Below, piece by piece: positions 63,800-64,000 of a stretch of 64,000 nucleotides of DNA. Numbering within the stretch: the first letter of the stretch is position 1; each line of letters begins with the position of its first letter. The DNA is from Haplodiscus bocki (lineage: Eukaryota), in assembly GCA_965655095.1 (NCBI GenBank), contig OZ296656.1, forward strand, positions 44,640,001-44,704,000, written 5' to 3'. The position numbers and the translations under genes are program-made. A model generated the notes under the pieces. The model worked only from the letters and a program-made list of their open reading frames with translations, had not been told where the DNA came from and searched no databases.

Positions 63800-64000
63800 A
63801 CAAGTTGGTCGGTTAAGACAAAAAGTGGTTCATTTTCATACAGGTTTTGGTCGACAGCTTCAAGGTGTTCCGGTGCAATAGCACAAGGGATTGGGAGAAC
63901 CGCAATTCAAATTTTGCAAAAAAGTTTCATCTTTGCTCTAAAACCTGTCGGTCCGGAGATATTGGAATTTGCCGCACCAGAACTTGCAGAGGTTGTTGAT
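63800..64000 (+). pseudogene. Small core / membrane-lytic-type virion protein (partial)
   Basis: TGFGRQLQG.../GAIAQGIGRTAIQILQKSFIFALKPVGPEILEFAAPELAEVV: a QxGxG-like site followed by amphipathic helices, downstream of the penton. Confidence 0.55.

Larger units (their letters stand above)
22379..64000. mobile_element. Decayed Polinton/Maverick (adintovirus-like) endogenous viral element; right end outside the window
   Basis: AGTAGT terminus. Pseudogenes of protein-primed PolB, A32-like ATPase, retroviral-type integrase and minor capsid in the typical arrangement. Confidence 0.93.

Noticed and set aside
1-64000. Prokaryotic, phage or free-virus origin; precise host species
   Set aside because: LTR retrotransposons, LINEs, MITEs and pervasive pseudogenisation indicate a eukaryotic chromosome. 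The element families remind me of acoel-like invertebrate genomes, but this cannot be supported without a search.

Overview
AT-rich eukaryotic (most likely animal) genomic DNA made almost entirely of nested, decayed mobile elements; no intact host gene is confidently seen. 1-6.3 kb: non-autonomous DNA transposons, including a clean hAT MITE with an 8-bp TSD, a 1.6-kb solo LTR nested in a TIR element, and old LINE scraps. 6352-14831: a full-length but pseudogenised BEL/Pao LTR retrotransposon. Both of its LTRs carry a tRNA-derived Pol III cassette that is 65/65 identical while the rest of the LTRs differ by about 13%, and an extra decayed ORF upstream of gag has a C2H2 finger plus an SGNH-hydrolase-like domain. 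15-22.4 kb: a CACT-ended TIR element with a minisatellite, an assembly gap, LINE fragments and a second solo LTR. 22379 to the window end: a decayed Polinton/Maverick (adintovirus-like) element with pPolB, packaging ATPase, integrase, minor capsid and accessory ORFs. A ~1.39-kb piece of it, covering the pPolB 5' end and a divergently oriented ORF start, has been amplified into a ~28-kb, 20-copy macrosatellite with higher-order structure and divergent edge copies. The first solo LTR contains a ~66-bp-period array of hairpin repeats separated by unrelated spacers. All protein-family calls come from manual translation and recalled motifs, not database searches.
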